Below are positions 51,992-60,516 of a DNA stretch of 64,000 nucleotides, piece by piece. The notes under the pieces were generated by a model. The model was not told where the DNA came from. It was given only the letters and a program-made list of their open reading frames with translations, and did not search any database. The translations under genes were made by a program, and so were the position numbers. Every line of letters begins with the position of its first letter. Within the stretch, counting starts at the first letter, position 1. Origin of the DNA: an uncultured Nitrososphaerota archaeon (GTDB lineage: Archaea > Thermoproteota > Nitrososphaeria > Nitrososphaerales > CADDZS01); contig CAWCYI010000007.1 of assembly GCA_963799845.1 (NCBI GenBank), positions 153,617-217,616 of the forward strand. The letters are read 5' to 3'.

Positions 51992-52235
51992 AGAGCCGGA
52001 CGAAGGAGATCTACCAGACCTGGGAGACTTTGACAAAGAACGAGACGAGCTAGGCTTTGCGATGGGAATCTATGCTATGTTGAACGCTCGAAAAGAACAG
52101 CTCCTGAAAATTCTCCCAGATCTGAATCCAGAAGAGATAATCATTCTTTCGGACCTTTCACGCTTCGCGAGCTTGATCGACCGGTTAGAAAGGGAGCAGA
52201 ATATCGAGTATGAAGGACGGGAGAAATTGAGGTAA
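51984..52235 (+). CDS. acidic hypothetical protein
   Basis: Start MSEEPDEG overlaps the previous stop. Confidence 0.55.
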   Translation: MSEEPDEGDLPDLGDFDKERDELGFAMGIYAMLNARKEQLLKILPDLNPEEIIILSDLSRFASLIDRLEREQNIEYEGREKLR

Positions 52236-52240
52236 TCGAA

Positions 52241-52939
52241 TTGAGCAATATTCCCGAAGATACAAAAGAAAAGGCAGAGATGGATCAGCTAATCTCCGAC
52301 GCAACTCGACCGTCAAAAAATTCGGCAGCGACCCTTTCATTAAGTACAGAAATCATAATCGGATTATACTCTTCAAGTCCCCTGCAAAAAATCAGGCATA
52401 TCCTAGAAGCATATCAGACTTTGACAAGGGAAGATAAGGAAAAGATAATTCCAAAAGAGAGCAATCGAAAATATATGGTAAAAATGAGGGAGCTTTGTTA
52501 TTCCTTTATGGATATGTTCGATCTGCCGCCTCTTCCGTATCAATTTCACAATCGAAAAGGGCTAACATTTTCTTTTAGCGCAGATTTAGCTTATCTGTAT
52601 CTTGCCCCCTTTGTTGGCGATTTTTATTTTTACGGCGAGTGGACAGAGGAAAATAAGAAAGCCATAGAAGATGTTATGAACAAATTTTGGCAAGAGGGAG
52701 CAAACTTAGAGTTGATGAATGAGTACGAGATCAAAGTAATTAAAATTCTCTTTCGACATTTAGTAAAAAATCTTGAATTCGGGGTTAACGCTGAAGAGGC
52801 GCTAAAGTTCAAGAATCAATACGTCGATTTTATGATTCCCTGGGTATCCTATATCGCAACAAAAATTCAAAAGGAACTAATCGACGGTACGACGTGGGAA
52901 AAGGCAGCCGCCATTTACAATCAGGGTAAGCAGAAATGA
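52241..52939 (+). CDS. hypothetical protein, translationally coupled to the ATPase
   Basis: 232 aa; ATGA overlap at 52936. Confidence 0.7.
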   Translation: MSNIPEDTKEKAEMDQLISDATRPSKNSAATLSLSTEIIIGLYSSSPLQKIRHILEAYQTLTREDKEKIIPKESNRKYMVKMRELCYSFMDMFDLPPLPYQFHNRKGLTFSFSADLAYLYLAPFVGDFYFYGEWTEENKKAIEDVMNKFWQEGANLELMNEYEIKVIKILFRHLVKNLEFGVNAEEALKFKNQYVDFMIPWVSYIATKIQKELIDGTTWEKAAAIYNQGKQK

Positions 52940-53907
52940 GCATACAAGAAGCTCCGACAGTTCCCGTTAAGCCGGCGTCAATTCGCGTCTTATGGATGAA
53001 GGCGCAGCATGAAGAAATTGATTTTGATACACCGATGAGGGTCGGCGTTTCAGGAGTAATTCAGAGCGGAAAATCTGTTTGGCTAGAGTGCTTTGGCGAA
53101 AATGGATTAAGTCGAGGTCACAACATCCTAGATCTTTTTGGCTCGCCGGTATCAGAAAATTTGGGCTGGCTGCGAAGTCCCTGGATTATCAATCACAAAC
53201 TTTCAGTCCTGCTAATCAAGGGAAATGCAGAGGTAACTTTCAACGGTCCACGCTGGCCGTGCAAGCACTATAAGGATCTCAGGTTAGAGGACATAGAAAA
53301 TACTCGGCTTGTCTTAAGCGTGGCTAGTTTTTACAATACTAGACGCGAAGAGGTTAATGCCGACAAAGAAATCATGCAGTTATTCGAGCGTCGAATAGGA
53401 TTTAATCGGCTCGTCTTTGTTTTGGTTCGCGAGGCGAGTTATCTCGTTTACAGTAGGTCAAAAGTTATCGAAGGCGTCGAGGGTTCAAAAATGGAGGGAC
53501 TAGATCTTATTCGGCAAAGTGGACATTGGGGCCTCAGTCTAGGATTAGATTCTCAAAGACCGATCGCGGTCGACAAAGAAATCAGAGATTTATTCTCGCA
53601 AAGGGTTTTTCGCTCGATGGGTCAAATGGCAGAAGAGCTCCCGGACTGGATCTACGGATACGTTCGGCCGGAGTGGGTTCAAAAGATGAAGCTCGGGCAG
53701 TTCTTGATTCTGTCGAATTCCGGTAACATTGGAATCGGCAGAACGTCTTATCCTCTATGGCATAAGGGACGAAAAGAGAATTTGCTCAGAGTGTTTGGAA
53801 TAGACGTGAAATATCACAACGTACCCAAGAGGGAGAGACGCAAAAAGGGAAAAGATGATTCCGGCGAAGATCCTGGGGATAATTTCAGGATCATATCGGA
53901 TAAATAG
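52936..53907 (+). CDS. FtsK/HerA/A32-like P-loop ATPase (putative packaging or translocation)
   Basis: Walker A GVIQSGKS; variant Walker B FVLVREA; IRQSGHWGLSLGLDSQRP resembles the RxGRH...QRP signature. Confidence 0.72.
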   Translation: MSIQEAPTVPVKPASIRVLWMKAQHEEIDFDTPMRVGVSGVIQSGKSVWLECFGENGLSRGHNILDLFGSPVSENLGWLRSPWIINHKLSVLLIKGNAEVTFNGPRWPCKHYKDLRLEDIENTRLVLSVASFYNTRREEVNADKEIMQLFERRIGFNRLVFVLVREASYLVYSRSKVIEGVEGSKMEGLDLIRQSGHWGLSLGLDSQRPIAVDKEIRDLFSQRVFRSMGQMAEELPDWIYGYVRPEWVQKMKLGQFLILSNSGNIGIGRTSYPLWHKGRKENLLRVFGIDVKYHNVPKRERRKKGKDDSGEDPGDNFRIISDK

Positions 53908-54090
53908 CGCTAGGAATTTTCGCGGTTCAAAATTCAATCTAAATAGCTTAAACAAACAAACATAAGGGAAAATTGGTTAGAGTTGGCAAAAATTGATTTC
54001 TCCGATTTTGCTTTTTCTTTTGCTTCTGCCCTAGCTTTGTTTAAGACTCTAGGAGCGTTAGAGAAAGTGGATAGAAGAGAGACGGGGTAA

Positions 54091-55135
54091 ATGGCTCAAA
54101 TCATACAAAGTCAGCAGGCCCCGGCGGATCTCTCAAAACTCAATCAAGAGACTAGCGATCTTTTGACGAAAAACCCTAGCTTAAACAAGCTACTTTCTAG
54201 CGGCCTCAGTCCGATAACTTGCGGGATGTATGCGGTCCACGTTGCGAATTTCTGCGCCTACATGAAAATGCCAATAGAGCAAACAATCAAAAGTTACTAT
54301 GATTGGAGCGCGATCGTTTCAGATTATCTAATCTCCATTGAAAGAACCAAGAAGCTCCGGACCCGGCGTATTATTCTCAGCGCGCTAAACAAATGGTTCG
54401 CAGTTAACAACGTCCACGTGTTTGATAAAGTCTCGAAACCGCTCGGAAGCCTGGCGCCGCGAGCTTATCCTATCCTGAGCAAGCAGCAATTAACCGAGAT
54501 GATTCTGTACTGTGATCTACCTTCTAAGGTCGTGCTTGCTATTGGAGTGACTAGCGCCTTATCTGCCTCACAAATAGCGGGACTCAGACTAAAGGACGTG
54601 GATCTCTCTCTTGAAATTCCAATGATTCGATCAAAAGAATATAGGACGTTCATCACGCCGGAAGCTCGCCGGATCGTTGAGGCGTTCATTCGATTACGCA
54701 AGCATAGAGGCGAGACGATCACGCCGGAGAGTTTCATTCTAGGACCGCATGAAACATTTTACCGAGCCGTAGATTTCAGATTTCACAATGCGCTAGAAAG
54801 TGCAGGGATTGAAGGCTTTCAATTTGCAGCATTGAAGGACTATTTCCGATCATGGAGTAAAGTCGCGGGACTGGATCCGTTGATGATTCAATATTTCTGC
54901 GGCCAGAAGCTTAGGGGTAACAACACACAAAGACACACCCGACACCGAGCTTTTAGTTGAATATGAGAAACTGATTCCGACTCTAACATTTTTCAAGACT
55001 GATGCAAAGTCCGAGATGTTCAAAGAGAGAATTCACAAACTAGAATCAAAATTAGAGATCTCCCAGGACGAAACTAAGGATTGGAAATCTCGTTATCAGG
55101 AATTGAAGAGGACTATTCGAGGCAAGAAACTTTGA
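54091..55135 (+). CDS. second tyrosine-recombinase-fold protein, catalytic residues lost (apparent extra base at ~54912)
   Basis: TSALSASQIAGLRLKDV, TFITPEA, RGETITPES, FAALKDYF, FCGQ; +1 frame continues to a coiled coil and TGA at 55133-55135. Confidence 0.78.
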
Positions 55136-55326
55136 CTTATGAGAGAATAGATCCGATCATAGTAAGGCGCTTTTTGCGCGATATGTTCATTCAAGACGGT
55201 TACGATGAGAAACTGGTCAACGAGTACCTAGAAACGCCTGATATTATCGAATTCATCAATCTCCTAGTTAGACAGATCGAACGTGGAGAGGTCCCGAATT
55301 TCAAACCAAAGGGGTTTCATCCTTAA
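55132..55326 (+). CDS. hypothetical protein
   Basis: TTGA overlap with the restored stop of the previous gene (MTYERIDP...). Confidence 0.55.
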   Translation: MTYERIDPIIVRRFLRDMFIQDGYDEKLVNEYLETPDIIEFINLLVRQIERGEVPNFKPKGFHP

Positions 55327-55622
55327 TGAATTGCTGCCGTTGCCGCTCGAAAATGGACTATATGAGTGAGAGATCGAATCCTAGAGCTAAGAAGCTTTGT
55401 TTCTACTGTCCAAAATGTAAGGCGTTCCGGTTCACCTTTGAGTTTCAATCGAAGGATATCTTGACGATCATGCTCGATTCAATCAATCCGGCAGATATCC
55501 TACCGTCAGAGTTCGCAAAAGAGGAAAAGCCAGTTAGTCAAAAACAGATATCTCCTCATGTCACGAGCGGGGATATTATCGAGACTCCCACCTTACAAGC
55601 TAGCGGAATATCTCAACGATGA
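55326..55622 (+). CDS. Zn-ribbon protein
   Basis: CCRC...FYCPKC. Confidence 0.6.
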   Translation: MNCCRCRSKMDYMSERSNPRAKKLCFYCPKCKAFRFTFEFQSKDILTIMLDSINPADILPSEFAKEEKPVSQKQISPHVTSGDIIETPTLQASGISQR

Positions 55623-55646
55623 TATCCACGCTTGAGGTCTTGAAAA

Positions 55647-55772
55647 TTGGATTGCGAGATATGCGGCTTTGAATTGCTAGACGTGGAAATATTCGGATTA
55701 GCTCGCCACGTATGCCCGACAGTCCCGGGAGAAAAACCTAGTATGATATGGATTGACGATCGGAAAGAATAA
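55647..55772 (+). CDS. small Zn-finger protein (41 aa)
   Basis: Manual translation MDCEICGFELL...RHVCP. Confidence 0.45.
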   Translation: MDCEICGFELLDVEIFGLARHVCPTVPGEKPSMIWIDDRKE

Positions 55773-55804
55773 TTCCGAGTTCTAACTTTGATTGATTGAT
55801 AGAA

Positions 55805-56266
55805 ATGTCAGCAGTACAAGGATTCTATACAAAAGACGGTAAGAAAAGGCCGATAACTGAAAAGAAAGGGCGCTTTGGTCGAAGGAGATACAAAGTCCCG
55901 GAGAAAGTCAAAGAGGAAGAAAAGAAGGTCGAGAAGGAAGAGGAAAAGCTCGACGAAGACAAAGAGAAGCTCGACAAAGAGGAAGTCAAAGACGAGCGAA
56001 AAGAAGAGAAAAAGGGAGAGAGACGAGAAGATGATCCGAGCGGCCCTATCAAGATCGAACATCCCGGCTCTTTAGAAGGTTGGGAACACGGCCAGGACGA
56101 AGAGACACGCCACAATCATATCAAAGAATCGTACAAAGTGAACGGAAAAGCCGAGACAGAGAAAAAGCTCGCAGCTCTTGAAGTCTTAGATCAGAATCGA
56201 GCGCCGGAAGTGGCTAGGGCAGCACACCAGGACTTAGAATGGTTCAAGAGAGATTATCCGACTTAG
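55805..56266 (+). CDS. charged protein: GFY...PIT motif, K/E tract and helical C-terminal domain
   Basis: GFYTKDGKKRPIT; GSLEGW...RH...KLAAL...DLEWF. Confidence 0.7.
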   Translation: MSAVQGFYTKDGKKRPITEKKGRFGRRRYKVPEKVKEEEKKVEKEEEKLDEDKEKLDKEEVKDERKEEKKGERREDDPSGPIKIEHPGSLEGWEHGQDEETRHNHIKESYKVNGKAETEKKLAALEVLDQNRAPEVARAAHQDLEWFKRDYPT

Positions 56267-56281
56267 AGCCGGTTTTTCTTT

Positions 56282-56833
56282 TTGGCTCGCCGGCGTTCCT
56301 ACTACATAGATGAACGCGGTTATCACCGTCCCGCGCCGGCGATCGGATTTTATCGGGAAAATGGAATAGTTCACCCGATAACTCAATCCGGCGTACATGT
56401 GCGCACGCGGAAATATGCTCCGAGAACTTACAAACAATCTAACAAGCACGGGCCTAGACCGATATCTCCCGTTGCCCGATCGAAATATCACGAGTGGCAT
56501 AATGAGTTTGAAAGAAAAAAGATGCAGGGAGAGAAGCCTAAAGCTCTACCAATAGGAGCTTTTGATTCTTATTACCGGTCCCGAAAGGCAGCATACGAAG
56601 CAACCGGCGGATCTGCTACTAGCTTCGATGATCAATTCGACAAAATAGATACCGCTCAAGCCGTCGATAGTTGGAGCGATCTTGATTCTGAATTGAAATC
56701 GAATGATATCTACGCTTCAAGGGATGATATCGCAGAGATTAGACGAAAGGCCCGGGACGAACAACGAGAAGAGAGAGAGATCGAGCGCTCATATCGTCAA
56801 TACGTTAAGGAGCAAAGAGCAAATGCAGCCTAG
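56282..56833 (+). CDS. basic protein with GFY...PIT motif
   Basis: GFYRENGIVHPIT; Arg-rich N-terminus. Confidence 0.7.
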   Translation: MARRRSYYIDERGYHRPAPAIGFYRENGIVHPITQSGVHVRTRKYAPRTYKQSNKHGPRPISPVARSKYHEWHNEFERKKMQGEKPKALPIGAFDSYYRSRKAAYEATGGSATSFDDQFDKIDTAQAVDSWSDLDSELKSNDIYASRDDIAEIRRKARDEQREEREIERSYRQYVKEQRANAA

Positions 56834-57071
56834 CCAATTCTGGGAAATTATGAAGGTCCCGGATAAGCCGGTTCTTTATCACTTGAATTGTAAGGGAATT
56901 GAAACCGGAAAGCATACGCCAGACGTCTCAATCATGCTCGATAATGGATTGTACAAGATCAATATGCCTGCCAGGACTGCGGGAGCGAAATTCTACTTTG
57001 AGCTAGAGACTTTGGAAAAGGTCAATTCCTTCTTAACTAAGATGGGATATCCCGAGCTTGAAGATTCCTGA
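56823..57071 (+). CDS. hypothetical protein
   Basis: ATG overlaps the previous stop (MQPSQFWE...); T-run after the stop. Confidence 0.55.
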   Translation: MQPSQFWEIMKVPDKPVLYHLNCKGIETGKHTPDVSIMLDNGLYKINMPARTAGAKFYFELETLEKVNSFLTKMGYPELEDS

Positions 57072-57073
57072 TA

Positions 57074-57291
57074 CTATTTTTTCACCGAAAGGTAAATCAG
57101 AGCTAGACCGAAAAGGCCGACAATAATTTCTGTCGAGCTCAATTCTGCGAGTCCCGTTTGAGTGGCTGCAAGCGGCCCGAAAAGATCGTAGTGAACCCCG
57201 TCAATATTCCAAGAGCGGGAAAAACAATCCCGATCGAAAACAATGCGAAGCCGATAAGAATTTGGTACGGGTTCTTGACTACGACAGACAT
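57074..57291 (-). CDS. ~72 aa two-TM membrane protein (one base missing at the A-run 57180-57183)
   Basis: MSVVVKNPYQILIGFALFSIGIVFPALGILTGFTTIF|FGPLAATQTGLAELSSTEIIVGLFGLALIYLSVKK. Confidence 0.55.
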
Positions 57292-57295
57292 TTTT

Positions 57296-57451
57296 TCAAC
57301 ATCGGGATCTGATTTCAGAGAGTCTTTTTGCTGCCTCTTTTTGACATTCAGCCTTGTCGTAAGCTTGAAGCTTTGACTTCCGCATGAATTCAGTTTTACA
57401 AACGGGACACTGGGCTAACGTCCTGCTCGGCTCTAATTCGCCGGAATACAT
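57296..57451 (-). CDS. small Zn-finger-like protein (51 aa)
   Basis: Manual translation ...AQCPVCKTEFMRKSKLQAYDKAECQ... Confidence 0.5.
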   Translation of the reverse strand: MYSGELEPSRTLAQCPVCKTEFMRKSKLQAYDKAECQKEAAKRLSEIRSRC

Positions 57452-57474
57452 CAAAGTCACCTATTGAGAATTGA

Positions 57475-57732
57475 TTAATGTTGAACAGGTCCGGCAATCT
57501 GCATGATTCCTTTTTCGATATCCACGCTCGGCAGAACTGCAATCTCGGCTTTGACTAGAGATCCTTCATTCAAGCCTAGGCGCTGAGCTTCGTCTTTGTG
57601 AATAGGGAGATAGAACATTATCGAGAATTTGCCGGGTGACTTCTTGAGGGGTCGTTTTTGTATTGAAACTTTACGAATTCCGATAGGAACTTTGATATCG
57701 GTTTTACTAAATAGTGTTGGAAGTGCTGCCAT
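57475..57732 (-). CDS. AbrB/MazE-like swapped-hairpin DNA-binding protein
   Basis: FYLPIHKDEAQRLGLNEGSLVKAEI. Confidence 0.65.
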   Translation of the reverse strand: MAALPTLFSKTDIKVPIGIRKVSIQKRPLKKSPGKFSIMFYLPIHKDEAQRLGLNEGSLVKAEIAVLPSVDIEKGIMQIAGPVQH

Positions 57733-57847
57733 AATTTACTAAAGACTTTAAACGCGAATAAATAGGAAACTAGGATCGCGATACCATCCTATCTAGAGAA
57801 GAAAAACCGAGGCTAATCATGCGTAATAGATACAATTTTAATACTGT

Positions 57848-57856
57848 AACAGTTAT
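57848..57856 (+). repeat. candidate attR core AACAGTTAT
   Basis: Identical to 46785-46793; overlaps the probable sdhA TATA box (TTATAAA). Confidence 0.45.
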
Positions 57857-57905
57857 AAACGAACTTTCAAAGCTGTTTTCTGTCTTTTTCGCGTGATCTG
57901 TTGAC

Positions 57906-59696
57906 TTGTGGGCGAACCCGGAACAAACTTCTTCACAAACGCTCGACAACCTCGACGCTTCGTATCAAACTATAGAATGCGACGTCCTGATTGTTGGAGC
58001 CGGTGGTGCCGGCATGCGGGCAGCTATCGAAGCTTTCGACAAGGGGTCGAAAGTGATGCTTTTGTGCAAGTCACTCCTCGGCAAAGCTCACACGGTGATG
58101 GCAGAAGGCGGAGTCGCAGCATCCCTCGGGAATATCGACCCGGAGGACAGTTGGAAGGTCCATTTTTCCGATACGGTGATTGAGGGCCAGTCTATCAACA
58201 ACTGGCGGATGGCCGAAATTTTCGCAAAGGAAGCACCGGATCGAGTCCTCGAGCTTGAACATTATGGAGCTTTATTCGACAGGACCGACAAGGGGCTGAT
58301 CATGCAGCGGCCGTTCGGAGCCCATAGCTATCGAAGGCTGTGCTATGTAGGCGACAGGATGGGGCTCGAATTGATCAGGACTCTGGAAGATCAGGTTCTC
58401 AACCGGAACATTCCTTACATGGATGAAACAGTTGTCAGCGGCATCATCAGAGATCAGGAGTCGGGCGCAATTTCCGGGGCGATCGCGATAAAGATCCGAA
58501 CCGGTGAAATTCTATTTTTCAAATGTAAGGCCGTCATCATCGCAACGGGAGGCTGCGGGAAGATCTATTCAGTTACTTCAAACTCTTGGGAAAGCACTGG
58601 AGACGGAATTGCACTCGCATATCGTGCAGGGGCGGAGATGATGGACATGGAGATGATGCAGTTTCATCCGACCGGAATGATCTACCCGGCTGGCGTGAGG
58701 GGGATGCTTATCACGGAAGCGGTACGAGGTGAAGGCGGAATACTGACGAATATCAATGGAGAGAGGTTCATGGAAAAATACGACCCGAAGAGAATGGAAC
58801 TCTCAGCTAGGGACGTGGTCGCCAGGGCGATCTACACCGAGATCAAAGAAGGGAGGGGAACTCCGAACGGTGCTGTCTACCTCGATATTCGACAAAGGGG
58901 AGCCGCTTACATCAAGAAGAAACTTCCCAGTATGTACTACCAGTTTCTCGAATTTGCCAATATTGACATTACCAAACAGAAAATGGAAGTCGCCCCGACG
59001 GTTCATTATCACATGGGGGGCATTCGAGTTGATCCGGAGACGGCGATGACCAGCGTCCCTGGATTGTATGCTGCCGGCGAAGTGGCCAGCGGCCTTCACG
59101 GTGCAAATCGGCTGGGAGGGAATTCACTTTCGGATATCCTTGTTTTCGGCAGGAGAGCCGGGATGGCGGCCGGAGATTACGTGAAGAATGCTGGCAGTCC
59201 TACGGCCTCGCCAGAAGACATCGACAAAGAAATTTCACGCATCTTCGCGCCGTTCAGAATGGTAAACGGCGAAAACCCCTTCGATCTGAAGGAAAAGATT
59301 GGGCAGATAATGTGGAAGTATGTGGGCATAGTGAGAAACGAGGGCGATTTGATGAAGGGGCTCGAAGAGATCCAGAAGATCAGATTGGATTCGAAGAATG
59401 TCCAGGCGAAGGGCCCGAGGCAGTACAACCAATCCTGGGCGGACTCTCTCTCGGTCTGGAATATGATCCTGGATTGCGAGGCGCTTATCATGTCTGCTCT
59501 AATGCGAAAAGAGAGCAGAGGGGCCCATACGCGTTCGGACTATCCAAAGAAGGACGACAGCTGGCTCGTCAACATCGTGGTCAAGCTGGCAGATGGCCAG
59601 ATGACCCTTGACAAAATTCCAGTGCCGCAAATGCCGGAAGAATACAAAGCGCTGCTGAACAGGGACGAAGACTTGAAGTGGAAGAAGGGGAAGTGA
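57906..59696 (+). CDS. sdhA: succinate dehydrogenase/fumarate reductase flavoprotein
   Basis: GAGGAG; AHTVMAEGG; QFHPTG; EAVRGEGG; HGANRLGGNSL; ESRGAH. Confidence 0.95.
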   Translation: MWANPEQTSSQTLDNLDASYQTIECDVLIVGAGGAGMRAAIEAFDKGSKVMLLCKSLLGKAHTVMAEGGVAASLGNIDPEDSWKVHFSDTVIEGQSINNWRMAEIFAKEAPDRVLELEHYGALFDRTDKGLIMQRPFGAHSYRRLCYVGDRMGLELIRTLEDQVLNRNIPYMDETVVSGIIRDQESGAISGAIAIKIRTGEILFFKCKAVIIATGGCGKIYSVTSNSWESTGDGIALAYRAGAEMMDMEMMQFHPTGMIYPAGVRGMLITEAVRGEGGILTNINGERFMEKYDPKRMELSARDVVARAIYTEIKEGRGTPNGAVYLDIRQRGAAYIKKKLPSMYYQFLEFANIDITKQKMEVAPTVHYHMGGIRVDPETAMTSVPGLYAAGEVASGLHGANRLGGNSLSDILVFGRRAGMAAGDYVKNAGSPTASPEDIDKEISRIFAPFRMVNGENPFDLKEKIGQIMWKYVGIVRNEGDLMKGLEEIQKIRLDSKNVQAKGPRQYNQSWADSLSVWNMILDCEALIMSALMRKESRGAHTRSDYPKKDDSWLVNIVVKLADGQMTLDKIPVPQMPEEYKALLNRDEDLKWKKGK

Positions 59697-59700
59697 ATTA

Positions 59701-60463
59701 ATGGCAATGGAAAAATCAAAGACGAGAAAGGACGTCACACTGAGGATCTTTCGAGGCCTCGGAAGTGATCGCTCTAAAGATCGTTACGAGACCTTCACCG
59801 TGCCGTTCGAGGACGGCATGGTCATCCTCAATGCGGTCCACTACATCCAGAGCCACTTTGATTCTTCTCTGTCTGCCAGATGGAACTGCAAAGCTGGGAG
59901 GTGCGGTTCCTGTTCTGCTGAAATAAATGGGTGGCCCAGGCTAATGTGCAAGACGCCTGTGGCCAATTTCGAGGGAGAAATTACTGTCGAGCCAATGAAG
60001 GCATTTCCACTCTTAAAAGATCTCGTAACCGACGTCTCTGAGAACTATGAGATGCAAAAGATGATCCCGCCCTTCACGCCGAAGGAATCCACGGACAAGG
60101 TCTGGCAAATGTACCAGATCGACGTGGACAAATCAAGAGAGTTCAGAAAGTGCATCGAGTGCTTTCTCTGCCAAGATATCTGCCACGTCGTCCGCGAACA
60201 CAAGAAAGACTACATCGGGCCCAGGTACATCGTAAAGGCCGCGTCTTTTGACATGCACCCCCTTGACGCTCTCGACCGGTCCGACTTTCTCAAAGAGCAG
60301 GGCGGCATTGGCTACTGCAATATTACAAAGTGCTGTCAGGAGGTCTGTCCCGAGCACATCATCATCACGGACGACGCAATCATACCCGAAAAAGAAAGGG
60401 TCGTCGATACTCAGCTACGACCCCATAATGTGGGTCTATCACCAGATAAAGCCCAAGAAGTGA
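59701..60463 (+). CDS. sdhB: succinate dehydrogenase iron-sulfur subunit (apparent extra base at 60412)
   Basis: CKAGRCGSC; CIECFLC; CNITKCCQEVCP; restored end KERVVDTSYDPIMWVYHQIKPKK. Confidence 0.92.
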
Positions 60464-60516
60464 AGGCACGGCCTTTCGTTTCTTGGTTTGAACTTTCGTA
60501 AGCGGTCGTCAATTCT

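Larger units (their letters stand above)
46785..57856. mobile_element. ~11 kb integrated virus/satellite-like element
   Basis: Integrase at the left end; regulators, SF3 helicase, ATPase and many small ORFs between host genes; candidate 9-bp terminal direct repeat AACAGTTAT (ends less certain than the element itself). Confidence 0.85.

Noticed and set aside
55900-56030. Purine-rich repeats as a CRISPR or tandem array
   Set aside because: Explained by Lys/Glu/Asp codons; no repeat-spacer periodicity noticed anywhere in the window
60413-60501. SdhB C-terminal tail QLRPHNVG... in the ORF track
   Set aside because: Produced by the extra C at 60412; the other frame gives a plausible YDPIMW end at 60463
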